Assembly: GCA_964016885.1 (NCBI GenBank) | Contig: OZ024743.1 | Span: 61,814,001 to 61,878,000, forward strand | DNA: 64,000 nucleotides | Reading direction: 5' to 3' | DNA from: Eledone cirrhosa | Lineage: Eukaryota | In this document: one piece after another, positions 1-12,795 of the stretch | Layout of the letters: the number at the start of each line of letters is the position of its first letter | Position numbering within the stretch: the first letter of the stretch is position 1 | Position numbers and translations under genes: made by a program | The notes under the pieces: generated by a model | Told to the model about the DNA's origin: nothing | What the model saw: only the letters and a program-made list of their open reading frames with translations | The model's database searches: none

Positions 1-424
1 GTGAAGAATATGTCACCCTGTTTAACAACACCCCCACCACTTGAATTCCTTGGTTGCCTCTAGCTGAGTCCATCTTGTTGAAAACATTCGCACCAGGGAA
101 TGTGCCCGCGGAAAAAATCCACGTTTCCACCCACCGTTCTCGGAGGCCCTGATTAATTTATGAAATATTTAAAAAAAAACATTTAAAACCCTTGATATTT
201 AGCTTCGACCATATGGAAGAATTTATGAAACTTCGAAACTTTCTCAACAGTTATAGATTAATAAATGATAATGTTAAAATCATCCACGAGGCCCTGAATC
301 GCTGATGGCACCATAGGAGCGTTGTCATGATACACGTCATGTTTTAGGAATGTTTAAACCTGGTTTAGTTAATCCCTGTCCCGGTCGTAGCGCAGCCGAT
401 TCCTTCCAGTGTAAAGAGAGGGGA

Positions 425-578
425 TACCAGTGCTGGGCTGGTAGTTTACATTTACTAGTAGACAGCGAAAGGATAAAAAGAAAAGTTGACCTCGGTGAAG
501 TTTGAACTCAAAGCGCAGAGCTGAAACGAATATCGCGAAGTATTCTATCTGTCATTCTAACGATTCTGCCAGTTCACC
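425..578 (-). mobile_element. tRNA-derived SINE, family A (Meta-domain-like core), degenerate
   Basis: Reverse complement has A-box-like GGTGAACTGGCAGAATCGTTAG, B-box GAGTTCAAAC and the GAGGTCAACTTT...CCTTTCG core shared with many copies in the window. Boundaries approximate. Confidence 0.7.
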
Positions 579-816
579 TTCTATTAAGCACATCAACAGC
601 TGCATAATTATTTTTGACGTCGAGAGGGTGGTCCTTCATCTCCTGCTGCTCAAACACAATGATAAATTAGACAATCACAACAGATTATATTTTCATTTCA
701 TTAAATCTACGTTCTACTACAAACTGACAGTCAACAACACTAACACAAAACATGAACATCACCTTCAACAACAACAAAAGCAGGAACATTCCTTTCTGTA
801 ATTCAACAAATACACG

Positions 817-859
<43 letters not shown>

Positions 860-3573
860 GGCGGTGAGTGTGAAAGAATGATATAACTCTGTTGGTTGCT
901 GAGGGGCTCCACTTCAAACTAACAAACTGTCAATGTTATAATGCTGCTACTTAGAATGGGACGTTGTATAGGGCCTCCGTCGGTTATCTACCAAACAGCC
1001 TACTTGTGAAATTTATGGGCAAATGGCTGTGTATTCTGCAAACACGTGTACCCTTAATATTATTCTTAAAAGAGAAGATTCATCCCTTCACTCTGTGTGG
1101 AAAGTTTGGCCCTTTGAGTCATATATTTATAGGTAAGTTAATTGGGCTGTTTAAAAGTTGTCCATTTCCTCATATATTTTACTCAGTAAATATACTGATT
1201 TCTTTTCGAAAATGCTTAGTTCAGAGGTCCTGTTATATCCATGATCATTTTCTGTGCTTCTGAGACAAAAGAGTGATAAAGGGTGAAAAGTCCGAATGCT
1301 TATAACAGAGTTGATTCATGAAAGGCATCTAAGGACAGGAGGTGGTGTTAAAGCGAGCGACAGATGAATTACTAATTCTAATGTAATTCAAGTTGATAAT
1401 ACAGTGAGTGTCACTAGCTGTTCTCTGCGATAATGCATTCGCCATCTTGTCCGTGGGACGCAGCTATGTTAAACCACATATACATGTGTCGTGTCTGTCC
1501 CTCCCTTCCATTTCCCTTACTTTCCTTATTTAATGTTTTTATTGCAAAAACTATATATTTTAATTGAAATAAAATTAATTAGAACATTTTGGATATATAT
1601 ATATATATATACTAGTATCTGATTTTATTGCTACTGTTGAGCTCTCATCAACATTAATTCAACACAACTATGAACAAACATATTCCAGCCCTGATCATTT
1701 CGCCCTTTAAAAGATAGATAAGACTGCATTATCTAATGTGTCCTCTTTTGTAAGACGATATGGTGTGAGTTGAAGGAAATTCAGCTACTACTTTGTGTAC
1801 ATCATGCGACCACCTAGAATCTCCCATTTTGGCTCTATTATTTAGTTTATAGTATTGCTGTTGGCGATTCGAGAACAAAGGCTCATGCATAGTTTTGAGT
1901 AATTATCATTAACAAGAAGTCAGGTACTAAGTGCAAGATCAAATGATCATAATATAAGATCAATAAGACGAAGTATCCAGCTAGACTCAATCAACACTTG
2001 CAACAACATTAAACCTTTTTACATTTACAATTTCATTTTCATGCCTATTTTCCTTTGTTCACCCCTCCCTTATACGTTGTATTTCATATCTTTTCGTGTT
2101 ATTTCCTCACGCTTCACACTCCAACTTAGCCGACAACTCTTTGAAAGCGTATTTCTTCTTCGTTTATATATTTCTCCAATAACATTATATACGCCTCCTA
2201 ATTCTCAACACTTTAAACTCAACCAGTTTGAAACAACCATGTCATTATCGAGTCTTTGATCTCTCTTTGAGATCTGTGCCTGCTTTATATTGATCTTCAG
2301 TCAACCTGTTAAATTTAATCTTTCTCCTCTAAGATGTATTCCTCTCATAACTGATTGGGTGTGTCGGCTATCCCTAGTTTAATGAATAATACACTGACTG
2401 GGTTAGTATTGTGAGGAACTAGTTATATTTCTAATTCATAATAGCTTAGTTAATAATAAAGTAAAAATAAAATGGGTAAATGCCGTTTACCATAAATTTG
2501 ACTTGGTTAAGCCAATCCTTTTTGTGAAATTGAACTGATGAAAAAATATGGAAGCTCATCAGTTGAAGTTTACTTGCAATACAAACACTGAATCAACTGT
2601 ATATATGTTTGTCGAATACTCTCCATCTTATAAACTAATGCTGTTGGTGGATAGTATTATCCCCTGCCACTGAATTACCGGTACCGTCTATCCGAAGAGC
2701 TTTCGTATATTTTTTCTTTCTTTCTTTTTTTCTATTTCTTCTTTCTTTCTTTCTTTCTTTTCTTTCTCTGTTCTTTCTTTGTTCTTTCTTTTTTTCTTTC
2801 TTTTTTTCTTTTTCTTTTTTCCTTTTTTTGTCTATTCGGTTTCACTCGAAATACCTGGCTCAAATGGCACTTGATTATTTTATTGTTTAATTATTATTAG
2901 AAAGCTATTATCAATTAGAAATATATCGACTAACTCCTAATTCAAACAACTGAGAAAACATCATCGTCGAATTTGACGGAGTTCCATTTTTCTTTATACA
3001 ATAATGTGTTGGTTGACATACGAACAACCCATCCTCTCTCTTAACAAAACAAAACAATACGATGCCATGATATGTCATAGTGAGCCATCATACTGGTGTT
3101 TGTGTTGATCACTTGATACATTGGAAGTAACCAAAGTTAAATGCTTTAACAAGGAGTGGCTGGCTAGCTGGTTGGTTGGAAACAATGAATGTAATAAGAT
3201 TCACAGTCAGCAAAGTCTTGGCAAATGTACCCACTTCAATATTACAAATATTTTGACTGAAACAGACTGTCACATATGTTTATCTTATTGTTATGTTGCA
3301 TTTTGACCTGACAATGAAAATACTGGCAATTGTGTACCGAGACACCAAGATAGAATGACAACGCTATAAGACAATGAAGAATCTGTTTAAGCTCCAATAA
3401 AATTATTTATTTTTCGACAATACATTCTATGATTGCCATTAGGCGTCTTTCTAAGTTTATTTGGTGCATATTGTTTTGTTTGCCTCGTATATATTGATGC
3501 ATTTATTCGTGTGTACGCAGATATGTGTGTGTGTTTGTGTATTTATGTATATATGTATGTACGTATGTTTGAT

Positions 3574-3725
3574 GGTGAGTTAGCTGGGTCGTTAGAACGT
3601 CCTATAGAATGCTTTACGGTATTCAGTCCGACACTTTACGCTCTGAATTCATATTTTGCCGACGTTACACTTTGGTTTTCATGGTTTCGAGATCGATAAA
3701 TAAAATACCATTCTAGTATAGGGGC
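3574..3725 (+). mobile_element. SINE family A, degenerate
   Basis: GGTGAGTTAGC...CTGAATTCATATTTTGCCGACG...GATCGATAAATAAAATACCA matches other family A copies. Confidence 0.6.
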
Positions 3726-4403
3726 CGCTTTGTTTCCTGTATTTATTTGTGTCTCTGTCTCTCGCTGAAAAGAAATCTGCAGTGTATCGCAGGGGTGGGT
3801 CGTGTCAGGTTCAAAAGCCCAAGAGATTTGCATGTCACGACAGTGCCCCTACGATTCCATAAGGAATTAAGTACCCAAATACGCATGCCATGCCATGCCT
3901 TGTCATGCGTATGTGCGTGTAGGGATTTAACTAAGTTAGAATTTTGCAGAATTCAAGCCGGTCAATCACAAAGTGAAAGGATACATTTTTTTGCCTCGCG
4001 ACAGTTCCGGGGGTGGTAACAAAGCGAATGAACCCTGCTTATTGGTGAAATAACCACCTGGCTTCTGGGAAGAATTAAAATAATTAAATAAGAAAGGCAT
4101 ACCTACATATACATGAATAATTATAGTCCCCTTCCCGTTCAGTCATTCCTGGGCACGGTTTTGCACCAAAAACGTTCTTCTGCATGGCATGATCCCGTGC
4201 AGGGTGTTTTGTGAAACATAGAGAGGGCTGGATTCCACCTGGTTTTAAAATTCCCAAGATATGATATGTGTCAAGTTAGCGCACCTACGACGACATTAGG
4301 GGTTTCAAGTTCACGCTGGTGAGGCTAATACTCTATTACACTATTATGGGTTCCAGCCGATAGGCTCAGGCCATGTTGGGACACCGTCATTGAAAAGATA
4401 AAA

Positions 4404-4485
4404 TGGTAGAGGTGGGATTCGAATCCACACCTCCGAAAAAACTGCTGCCTTAAAACAGCGGATTTGACCGCTCGGCCACGCTACC
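4404..4485 (-). tRNA. tRNA-Leu(AAG), probably a pseudogene
   Basis: Reverse complement GGTAGCGTGGCCGAGCGGTC...CTGTT-TTAAGGC-AGCAG...GTGGATTCGAATCCCACCTCTACCA: 82 nt, long variable arm, anticodon AAG, TTTT directly downstream. Mismatches in the acceptor, D and T stems. Confidence 0.8.
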
Positions 4486-5133
4486 AGTTAGCTATTTATA
4501 TAAAAGTGTTAAGAAAATGCATCGCCAGGCATTGAACTTACGATCATGAGCCATTCACCTTCATATACATATACAAATACATATACAAATACATATACAT
4601 ATACAAATACAAATACATCTACATATACAAATACATATACAAATACACGCATACGTGACGGTTACCTCATCTCAGATTATAACCATCTCGCATGAGACAT
4701 CTGTAAATTACTGAATTATAATGACATACATAGTATGACACACATCAAGTAACTATATAGTTAAATATGATGTGCCAAGCCAGAGCAAGATGGCTAAAAT
4801 TATTTCAACTTAGAGCATTTCCTTAAATGTTTTCAAATAAAACAAATACCTACAAGTCAGTAGAGGTTTGATTTTGGAGTGTTTCCTTCTCCAAGAGGTT
4901 TTACTGCGCGTAAAACCACAAGCTCAAATCTGAGTGTTTCTATGCAACCGCATTACAAACACACACACAAACACACGCAAACACTCACAAACAAACAAAC
5001 ATACGCACACATATTAGATAAAAATAGAGATAGGTAGAAAGATGTAGATGTGATTATAAGAGCGTGCCGCATTACACACTCATACACACATATATTAGAT
5101 AAAAATAGAGATAAGTAGAAATATACAGATATG

Positions 5134-5202
<69 letters not shown>

Positions 5203-5855
5203 ACCGGATTTCTTATGAATGCTTTCAATCTCTTAGAAAGTTTGATATATATAATGTATAATATATACATACATATATTCGCAACATATATACGGTCAAA
5301 TACATATATATATACATACACACATATACATACACACACACATACACATACATATATACACATACACACATACATCCACACATACACACATACACCCACA
5401 CATACCTAGTGAAAATAGTGTAGATCATATAACTTGAAAAGTTTCTGACATGCCGGCAGCTGTCATCCATTGATATATATCAGTAGAACAGTAAAATACT
5501 TTCTCTAATGTTGTAATGATTTCAATACCGAGGACTCTTCACACAAAACTAACTTTCCCCCAAGGATTTCAGAAATTCACTGCAAATAGAAACTACTTTT
5601 TATATTTATTTCATCACCCTCCCCTTTTATGTTCCTCTCTTCCATATGCTTCCACCGACCCCATAAACCATTTCAATGAGCTTGGCGCCTATAAGGCTCG
5701 AACTCAACATGTGTTTTTTGTTTTGAGGTTGGTTCTGTCTATATCTTTCTCTTAATTAACTAATTAACTGTCTTATTTGGTGTTATTTTATTGTTGAGTT
5801 TGTTTGTTTTCTGTGGGGGTGGGGATAGAAAGGGTGGTGGTGATGTTAAGGTGAC

Positions 5856-5975
5856 GGCGAATTGACAGAGCTTCCTAACAACGTCGGATAGAATAACTTG
5901 CGGTATTCGTTCCACCTTTCCCAGTTCTGAGTTCAACTCCCGCCCACATCAACTTTTACTTTTTTATCATTTTCA
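5856..5975 (+). mobile_element. SINE family A, 5' part
   Basis: GGCGAATTGACAGAGC...TTCTGAGTTCAACTCCCGCC...TCAACTTT matches the family. Confidence 0.55.
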
Positions 5976-6706
5976 GCAGCGATGTTTTGGTCTTTTTCCT
6001 ATTCTACGAAATTGAAAAACTAAATAATTAATATAAAAATTATTTCAACATCTCCGCTCCCTCCCCTACTCTCAGGTTTTGAGTAATCGTCACCCGCCCG
6101 ATGTTACTCCCTCCCCCCGCTTATTAAATGTTGCTAATCTATCTCCGGCAAAACTTTATTTTAAGTGGTATCATTTCAGCGACAATTAATTTTCTTTGGA
6201 CACTAAAACACGTTGTACGTGATTCAGGTGTATATATTCACCAATAGGAAAGGAAAAGAAATAAATATTAACTAAAAAGAGGGAGAATGAGAAAGGGTAA
6301 TCTCTACACCGTTGGATGGACATCAGCTGCAGCATGCAGACACGATGGTGAAAGAAGTTCCATCCAAAGATGATATGCCCTGCTCCTGATTTGGTAGAGA
6401 TCACCGGAGGCCTTGATGACAACTGGCACGAAAAGGAAACAATCTGTCAACGCCTGGTATTTAGTTAAAAGTAGTGTGGTGACTGATAATTGTTTAAAGG
6501 TGATGTGTATGGTAATGTTTGTTGCGGTTTTTTTTGGGGGGGGGGGTTCATATGGTGAAAAAAGTATGATAAGAATCTACGATAAAAGAGTTTATCATAT
6601 ATTTTCATCACCAGATTTGTTTTTTCATCCACATCACCTTTAAACAAGTATTAACTATTTGTTATGCATGTTTGATGGATGATTTTCTAGGTAGTAGAAG
6701 TAGTAT

Positions 6707-6754
<48 letters not shown>

Positions 6755-7139
6755 CGGCGTGTGTGCGCGCGCGTTATGTTGGATCTCTGTCGGTTCCAAC
6801 GACGAGTATTCCATCTAGTAGTTCGAATGGAGCAATCTGCTCATGAAATTACCAGACAAGTTGTTGAGCATTTCAGAGACACGTATATCCATGTCGATTT
6901 AGCATGACTCACTTGGATTACAGTTATACACCACCCGAGGGACGAGTTCCTTAACAGTTTTCATCTACCTAATTTGGCTCAAAAGGGTTTTGTCGACCCA
7001 AGATGTCACGCAATAGAATCGAAACCGAACCAAACTTCTTAACCATTTGTCTATGCTGTTTCCACACCATCCACATCACCTTTAACAATTATTAGCTTCA
7101 TACAGTGTATATTCGGTGATTGATTTTACCAGATATAGA

Positions 7140-7720
7140 CGCGTATTTCTTCTCAACAAAGCTTGCCTAATAGTTTCGTATTGAAAATATTAGTAACTAG
7201 AATATCTTGCATCCCAGCAACTCTTCATCCTCCCCGTGTAACCTATCAAGGGAATCTTTCTTGAACCTTTTGTAGGATTGATACAAATCTTCATTTAATT
7301 CAATAGTCCACAGAAATTGCTCTCGATAGTTGCGCCAACTGCGATAGCTGACCTTCGTTTCTTGTCTGCCAACATGGTAATTCATGCGGTGTTTACCAGT
7401 TACATTTTGTCGCTTCATTACTGCTTTAAAAACGCATTTCATTGAAATAATACAAAAAACTGCAATTTATAGCACATACCTATGTAGATTTATGTGGCTT
7501 CCTATGATGTATCTTATGGTAGATTGCTTAAGTGTTTTACTGATAAGGATCCCAGTCTTGCTCAAACCCCCAATGTGTCACCCTGATCCAAGAAACAAAC
7601 CCACAAACGTATATCGAGAATCCATCACACTAACCACTAGGATATATGTCTTCAGATGTTTTATTTAGTAGATAAATGTTTAGAGGGAAATCAATAGGCC
7701 GCATATGTCGATGTGACTGC
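7140..7720 (-). mobile_element. 5' relic of a diverged R4/Dong-like non-LTR retrotransposon
   Basis: ORF 7197-7442 contains RNYREQFLWTIELNEDLYQSYK and, after a frameshift, GYTGRMKSCWDARY. This aligns with RNYNRCIQWSYELNKELYEAYK...GFMQRLKTLWNSKH of the 1169-aa ORF. Boundaries approximate. Confidence 0.6.
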
Positions 7721-8188
7721 ATCCAACGCTATTTTGTTTCAGTGGTTGTGTATGTCCGTATGTGTGTGTATGTATGTGTGTGTGTGTGTGTGTGTGTGTG
7801 CATGTGGGGTTCGATTCTACGTGGCAGCCGCTAGTGTCGTTTTTCCGTTTTGGGGGTTTTATCCAATTTTTATAAGCTATTTTACAGCAACGGAATGCGA
7901 TTGCTGTTGTTTTCTGCGTCAGAGCTTCCTATATCTGCTTGAAGCGAATAACTATGTGTATACTCTGGGAATGTATTTTACATTACATATTGAGTACGCT
8001 GGGATGCAACCGGTCCTAGCATTGATAAAATAATGTACCAATAATGTACTGGGTATTTGTTGGCCTTGTGCCAAAAGTAGAAACAATTATATATATATAA
8101 AAGACAGCGAGAAGCGAAAACCAACCAAACAGTGAGTGTGTTCTGTTATTAATTCTGGCAATATTACACAAATATGACCCTCCCCAAG

Positions 8189-8224
<36 letters not shown>

Positions 8225-8297
8225 TAAGACGTAAAATAAGAAAATTTCTTTAAAAAAATTTTTTTTTTAAAAATTAACTTACTTACTTAAATTTTCA

Positions 8298-8377
8298 CTC
8301 CAACTAATTAGTTTCTGCAATGGGATAAAGACAGTTACGTAATGAACTGTTGAGAATTTCATTGCGTCATCAGGGAG
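8298..8377 (-). ncRNA. Type I hammerhead ribozyme, copy 1
   Basis: Minus strand: CTCC CTGATGA cGCAATG...CATTGCa GAAAC TAATTA GTT GGAG. Palindromic stem III; C.A mismatch at 10.1-11.1. Confidence 0.75.
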
Positions 8378-8852
8378 GTCATTCTCAGCCGAGTCTCCAG
8401 GCGATGCGCGGACACTGGGGACTCATATAAAAATAATAATAATTCGGCAACTGGAACAGCTATCGAGGACTGGATTCCAGCCACTGAAAATTCTCACTGC
8501 CACTGATCATATGGCCGATTCTAAAGAATCAATCACGTGACACAGAGGCTAGTCAGTAGGAATGGGATGGTAAGATGACAGACGCCTACTAACACCCCCA
8601 AAAAAATTTAGAAGTGGTTTTGGCAGGTTTGCTCGACAAATCAGTGATTTGGAGATAAATATAGATAATTTAATATATCTACTAACATAAGCGCACAGAT
8701 GTACGCTAATGCCAGCAAATACACAGGTTATGTCATAGTACCTAGGTGGTTCAATGCAGGAGAATGCAGAACAATAATATATAAGACGTAAAATAAGAAC
8801 ATTTCTTTAAAAAAAATTTTTTTTAAAATTAACTTACTTACTTAAATTTTCA

Positions 8853-8932
8853 CTCCAACTAATTAGTTTCTGCAATGGGATAAAGACAGTTACGTAATGA
8901 ACTGTTGAGAATTTCATTGCGTCATCAGGGAG
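8853..8932 (-). ncRNA. Type I hammerhead ribozyme, copy 2
   Basis: Same sequence as 8298-8377, 555 nt away. Confidence 0.75.
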
Positions 8933-9516
8933 GTCATTCTCAGCCGAGTCTCCAGGCGAGGCGCGGACACTGGGGACTCATATAAAAATAATAATAATTC
9001 GGCAACTGGAACAGCTATCGAGGACTGGATTCCAGCCACTGAAAATTCTCACTGCCACTGATCATATGGCCGATTCTAAAGAATCTAAGTAAGTAAGTTA
9101 ATTTAAAAAAAAAAAAATTTTTTATAGAAATTTTCTTATTTTACGTCTTATATATTATTGTTCTGCATTCTCCTGCATTGAACCACCTAGGTACTATGAC
9201 ATAACCTGTGTATTTGCTGGCATTAGCGTACATCTGTGCGCTTATATTAGTAGATATATTAAATTATCTATCTATATATATATATATATTAAACCTGTTA
9301 GTGTCTATGTCCGAATGTGTAAATGGACAATTCGTTCTAGTTCGATCGGTATTTTGCGTCAGGTGTGTTGTTGGTCGGGGTGCCGCTAGGTTCGGTGTTG
9401 GTAACGTATTGTTCGCCTCTGTTGGTGTTTAGCGTTGGGATGTTGTTAAGACAGTTGGCCGTCCTGAGTTTGAGAAATTTTTGCGTTAGGCGTATTTTCT
9501 CGTAGTCTCGGCGGCG

Positions 9517-10662
9517 GTGTTTATTGACACAGCTGTCGATTTATTGACGGACTGCGTGGTCGCAGAGAACATCCACTGCTACGGCCTCCACCCGACGGAC
9601 ATACACCAGCTTTTGTCCTTCACAGTAGACAACACGTACTTCACCTTCCACCACGACACATACAGACAGACAACAGGATTACCCATGGGATCCAGCCTTT
9701 CGGGCCTGCTGGCCATCACCTACATGAACCAGCTAGAATGCCGAGCCCTCAACACCTGCCATTCCCATGCCTTCTTCACCCGATATGTAGATGACATACT
9801 CATCCTTACATCATCCCGTGAGGAGGCTGAGAAAATATACACAACATTCTCCAGCATGGACGCCAGTATAAAGTTCAGCATGGAACACCCCGATGACCAC
9901 GGATCCCTATCCCTACTGGACTTCCAACTCAGGGTAACAGAGGAAGGCAACATCCACACCTGCTTCTATAAAAAATCCGCCAGCAGGGACCTGTTCGTAC
10001 ATTTCAGATCGGCCCTCCCACTCGGTGCCAAGCTCGGATACATAAAGAACGAACTGGCACGTATCAAGAACAAATGCACCGACGCCAGAGACCGAGACAC
10101 ACACACCACACATTTCCTGGAAGAACTCAAACTGAACGGATACACGACATCCACCACAAACCGTGCCAGAAAGAACAGAGGACACCACACCCGAGGCACT
10201 AACACTTGCTTCCTGAAGCTCCCACACTTCAGTGAAGAAACAACAACAGCCATCCGCAGAGCCTTAAGACGAGAGGGACTGGATATCCAACTGGCCCACT
10301 CGGGTCCTTCTCTGCGCGGACGGCTGGCCAAGAGACACTCCACCAGACATGACAACTGCTGCAGACTAGCCAACTGCCCCATCAACGACACAGACCTATG
10401 CCACCAGGCTTACGTAGTATACAGACTAGAGTGTGACAAATGCAACAACTTCTACGTAGGTAGCACCACCAGACCACTCCACATAAGAATAAAAGAACAC
10501 CTCAATACTAACGCTTCCTCATTTAAGAAACACCTAGTTAAATGCAAAAACACCGATAAAAACATAACAGTTAGGATAGAAACTAAGGAAAGAAACCTCG
10601 GCAATCTTAGAATTAAGGAAGCACTTATTATAGATAGAACACATCCACCAATCAATAATTGA
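9517..10662 (+). CDS. PLE reverse transcriptase plus C-terminal GIY-YIG endonuclease (Penelope/Poseidon-like), 5'-truncated
   Basis: YRQTTGLPMGSSLS, RYVDDIL, FSME...LSLLD, VVYRLEC..C..YVGSTTRPLHIRIKEH, KEALII...PPIN. Confidence 0.9.
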   Translation: MFIDTAVDLLTDCVVAENIHCYGLHPTDIHQLLSFTVDNTYFTFHHDTYRQTTGLPMGSSLSGLLAITYMNQLECRALNTCHSHAFFTRYVDDILILTSSREEAEKIYTTFSSMDASIKFSMEHPDDHGSLSLLDFQLRVTEEGNIHTCFYKKSASRDLFVHFRSALPLGAKLGYIKNELARIKNKCTDARDRDTHTTHFLEELKLNGYTTSTTNRARKNRGHHTRGTNTCFLKLPHFSEETTTAIRRALRREGLDIQLAHSGPSLRGRLAKRHSTRHDNCCRLANCPINDTDLCHQAYVVYRLECDKCNNFYVGSTTRPLHIRIKEHLNTNASSFKKHLVKCKNTDKNITVRIETKERNLGNLRIKEALIIDRTHPPINN

Positions 10663-11100
10663 CTAGAGCTCAACACCCAATTTATAACCTGATAGGACCT
10701 CTAGCCCCATTTTTACACACCCCACACACACGCACGCGCACACACACACACGCTTACACCTCCATTTATTCTCTCTCACACATACACACACAAAACCAGT
10801 TCTAACACCAGATAACACCTACCCCCCACTTTTACGATTAGACCTATCTTCCCACACTCACACACACACACCCACATACCTACACCTTCATGCATTCTCC
10901 CACACACATATACAGGCACGTATATAAAATTTAAAAAAAATAAATAAATAAACCCTAAACAAACCCCTCTTAAAGGGAGACTACTCTTTATCCACCTAAT
11001 TTTAATTCTTTAATATTAGAGTTAGCACAGATACTCTATACTATTTCCGGTCAGCATGGCTTGGCTAGAGATTTAAAGACGCTGGTTTGAGACCTTTACT

Positions 11101-11138
11101 TCCCTCCGAAGAAGAGATATTATCTCGAAAATTAAGGA
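11101..11138 (+). ncRNA. Minimal hammerhead-like motif in the PLE pseudo-LTR
   Basis: CCT CCGAAGA a GAGATA t TATCTC GAAAATTA AGG. U4C core variant; stem III (AATT) could only form in a dimer. Confidence 0.5.
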
Positions 11139-11322
11139 CATTTAAATAAATTCAAGGTGAAAGACGAATTCACATCAATATCTTTCACTATTGCATTCTT
11201 TTTTCTATGTCCATACCTGCATTGTCTTGGCCTTATTACACATATTCAAACGTTTATACCCCATTACACAATGCTTCAAGTGAACTATAACCTCCTCCTA
11301 TATATATATATATATATATATA

Positions 11323-11637
11323 TTGGTAAACGGAATAGAAAATGCTGACAAATTGTTCACAGTTGAAAAATGGTTTCATTATGAATAAAAGAGTATTAGT
11401 AATTGTATGGGTTAGTATTCAGGGACACTCTATCTCAAAACTATTTTTGAAAAGCATTTAGAAATGCGCAACCGGTAAACACTTAAAAACTTAAAACCAC
11501 AACTGAATGCTAACCCATACAATCACTAATAGTCTTTTATTCCTAATTAAACCATTTTTCAACTGTGAACAATTTGTCAGCATTTCCTATTCCGTTTACC
11601 AATATATAATAACTTGTGTGTTACACCTCTATTCTTT

Positions 11638-11641
<4 letters not shown>
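11323..11641. repeat. Fold-back element with arms of about 100 bp in (TA)n
   Basis: 11323-11422 is the reverse complement of 11503-11602, spacer about 80 bp; the right arm extends about 40 bp further. Confidence 0.8.
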
Positions 11642-11731
<90 letters not shown>

Positions 11732-11749
11732 CACACACACATTAATAAC

Positions 11750-11781
<32 letters not shown>

Positions 11782-11884
11782 CAATAATAATAACGACAAT
11801 AACAATAATAATATACATATATATATACACATACACGCACACACATAAGCATATCTATACACACGCACACACACACGATAGCAA

Positions 11885-12650
11885 CTAACAGCGCTGCGAT
11901 CGAATGTGGCTTTTTAGCCCAGCCAATGATCTAAAATGTTTTGCACAGAGTCGGCAACCAAAACATTCACTGGGAATAGTCGGCTGTGGTTGGAGTTCGT
12001 GTACTTTTGCATGTCGCTTGAGCCCTCCTGCTGATTTACATTCTCTACCACATGTTTGGCAAGCATGATGAGTAGCATCTCCAACAGCAGCCTGGTAGTC
12101 AACCACTGGTCTTACTTTATGACTGCGAAGATGACTTTCGAGTCCAGCTTTGCTTAAGCAGAGTCTCGCACAGACGCTGCATGTCAGCACCAGAGCAGGA
12201 CCCTCGACGTCTGGAAGTGCAACAGCAATGCCCTTCCTCACATCCCGCTTTACTTTCTCGTATGCGATTCGAGATGCCTCAAAGGCAACTTTTCCCTCAT
12301 TTACAGTCTTTCTACATTTATTACGATCAGCAGTAACATTTTCCCATGTATCAGCAGAGATGTTAGCGTCTTTCAAAGAGGCTTTCAAGGAATCCTTATA
12401 CCTCTTTTTTGGTTTATGTGGCGGTCGTTTTCCTTTAACCAACTCTCCATAAAAGAGTTGTTTTGGTATTCTAGAATCCTTCATCCTGGCAAGGTGACCA
12501 CTCCAACGGAGTCGTTGCTTAAGCACAAGAGCTTCTATACTGTAACACATAGAGCTTTCCAAAACCTCGACATCACTGATGTGGTCCCTCCAGTAAACGA
12601 CATGGATCCGTCTGAGACATATCTGATGGAAACGCTCCAATTGCTTAAGA
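11885..12650 (-). mobile_element. RTE-clade LINE 3' end with three C2H2 zinc fingers, 5'-truncated
   Basis: RLRWSGHLARMKDSRIPKQLFYGEL..GKRP..KPKKRYKD, then CSVC..H..H, CQTC..H..H and CRLC..H..Q. The MYVC N-terminus of the ORF is microsatellite read-through. Confidence 0.85.
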
Positions 12651-12721
12651 TACATACATACATACATACATACATACATACATACATACATACATACATA
12701 CATACATACATACATACATAC

Positions 12722-12795
<74 letters not shown>

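Larger units (their letters stand above)
8225..9272 (-). mobile_element. Non-autonomous HHR element: about 1.5 tandem 555-nt units plus an inverted tail
   Basis: 8225-8531 repeats at 8782-9085, and 9086-9272 is the reverse complement of about 8651-8845. TA tracts flank both sides. Confidence 0.8.
9290..11300 (+). mobile_element. Penelope-like element with probable inverted 5' segment and 3' pseudo-LTR
   Basis: RT plus GIY-YIG ORF, HHR-like motif at 11101-11138, TA tracts at both ends. Confidence 0.8.

Noticed and set aside
2533-2564. CTGATGA inside the hairpin AACTGATGA...TCATCAGTT
   Set aside because: No stem II-GAAA-NUH arrangement on either strand.
6186-6422. Possible Tc1 transposase remnant (GAGHIIFG resembling GGGSIMVWG)
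   Set aside because: Too short and divergent; no TIRs or DDE motif seen.
10660-10662. TGA near the PLE ORF end (and at 42474) as selenocysteine
   Set aside because: No SECIS recognised; CGA-to-TGA decay or a true stop is simpler.
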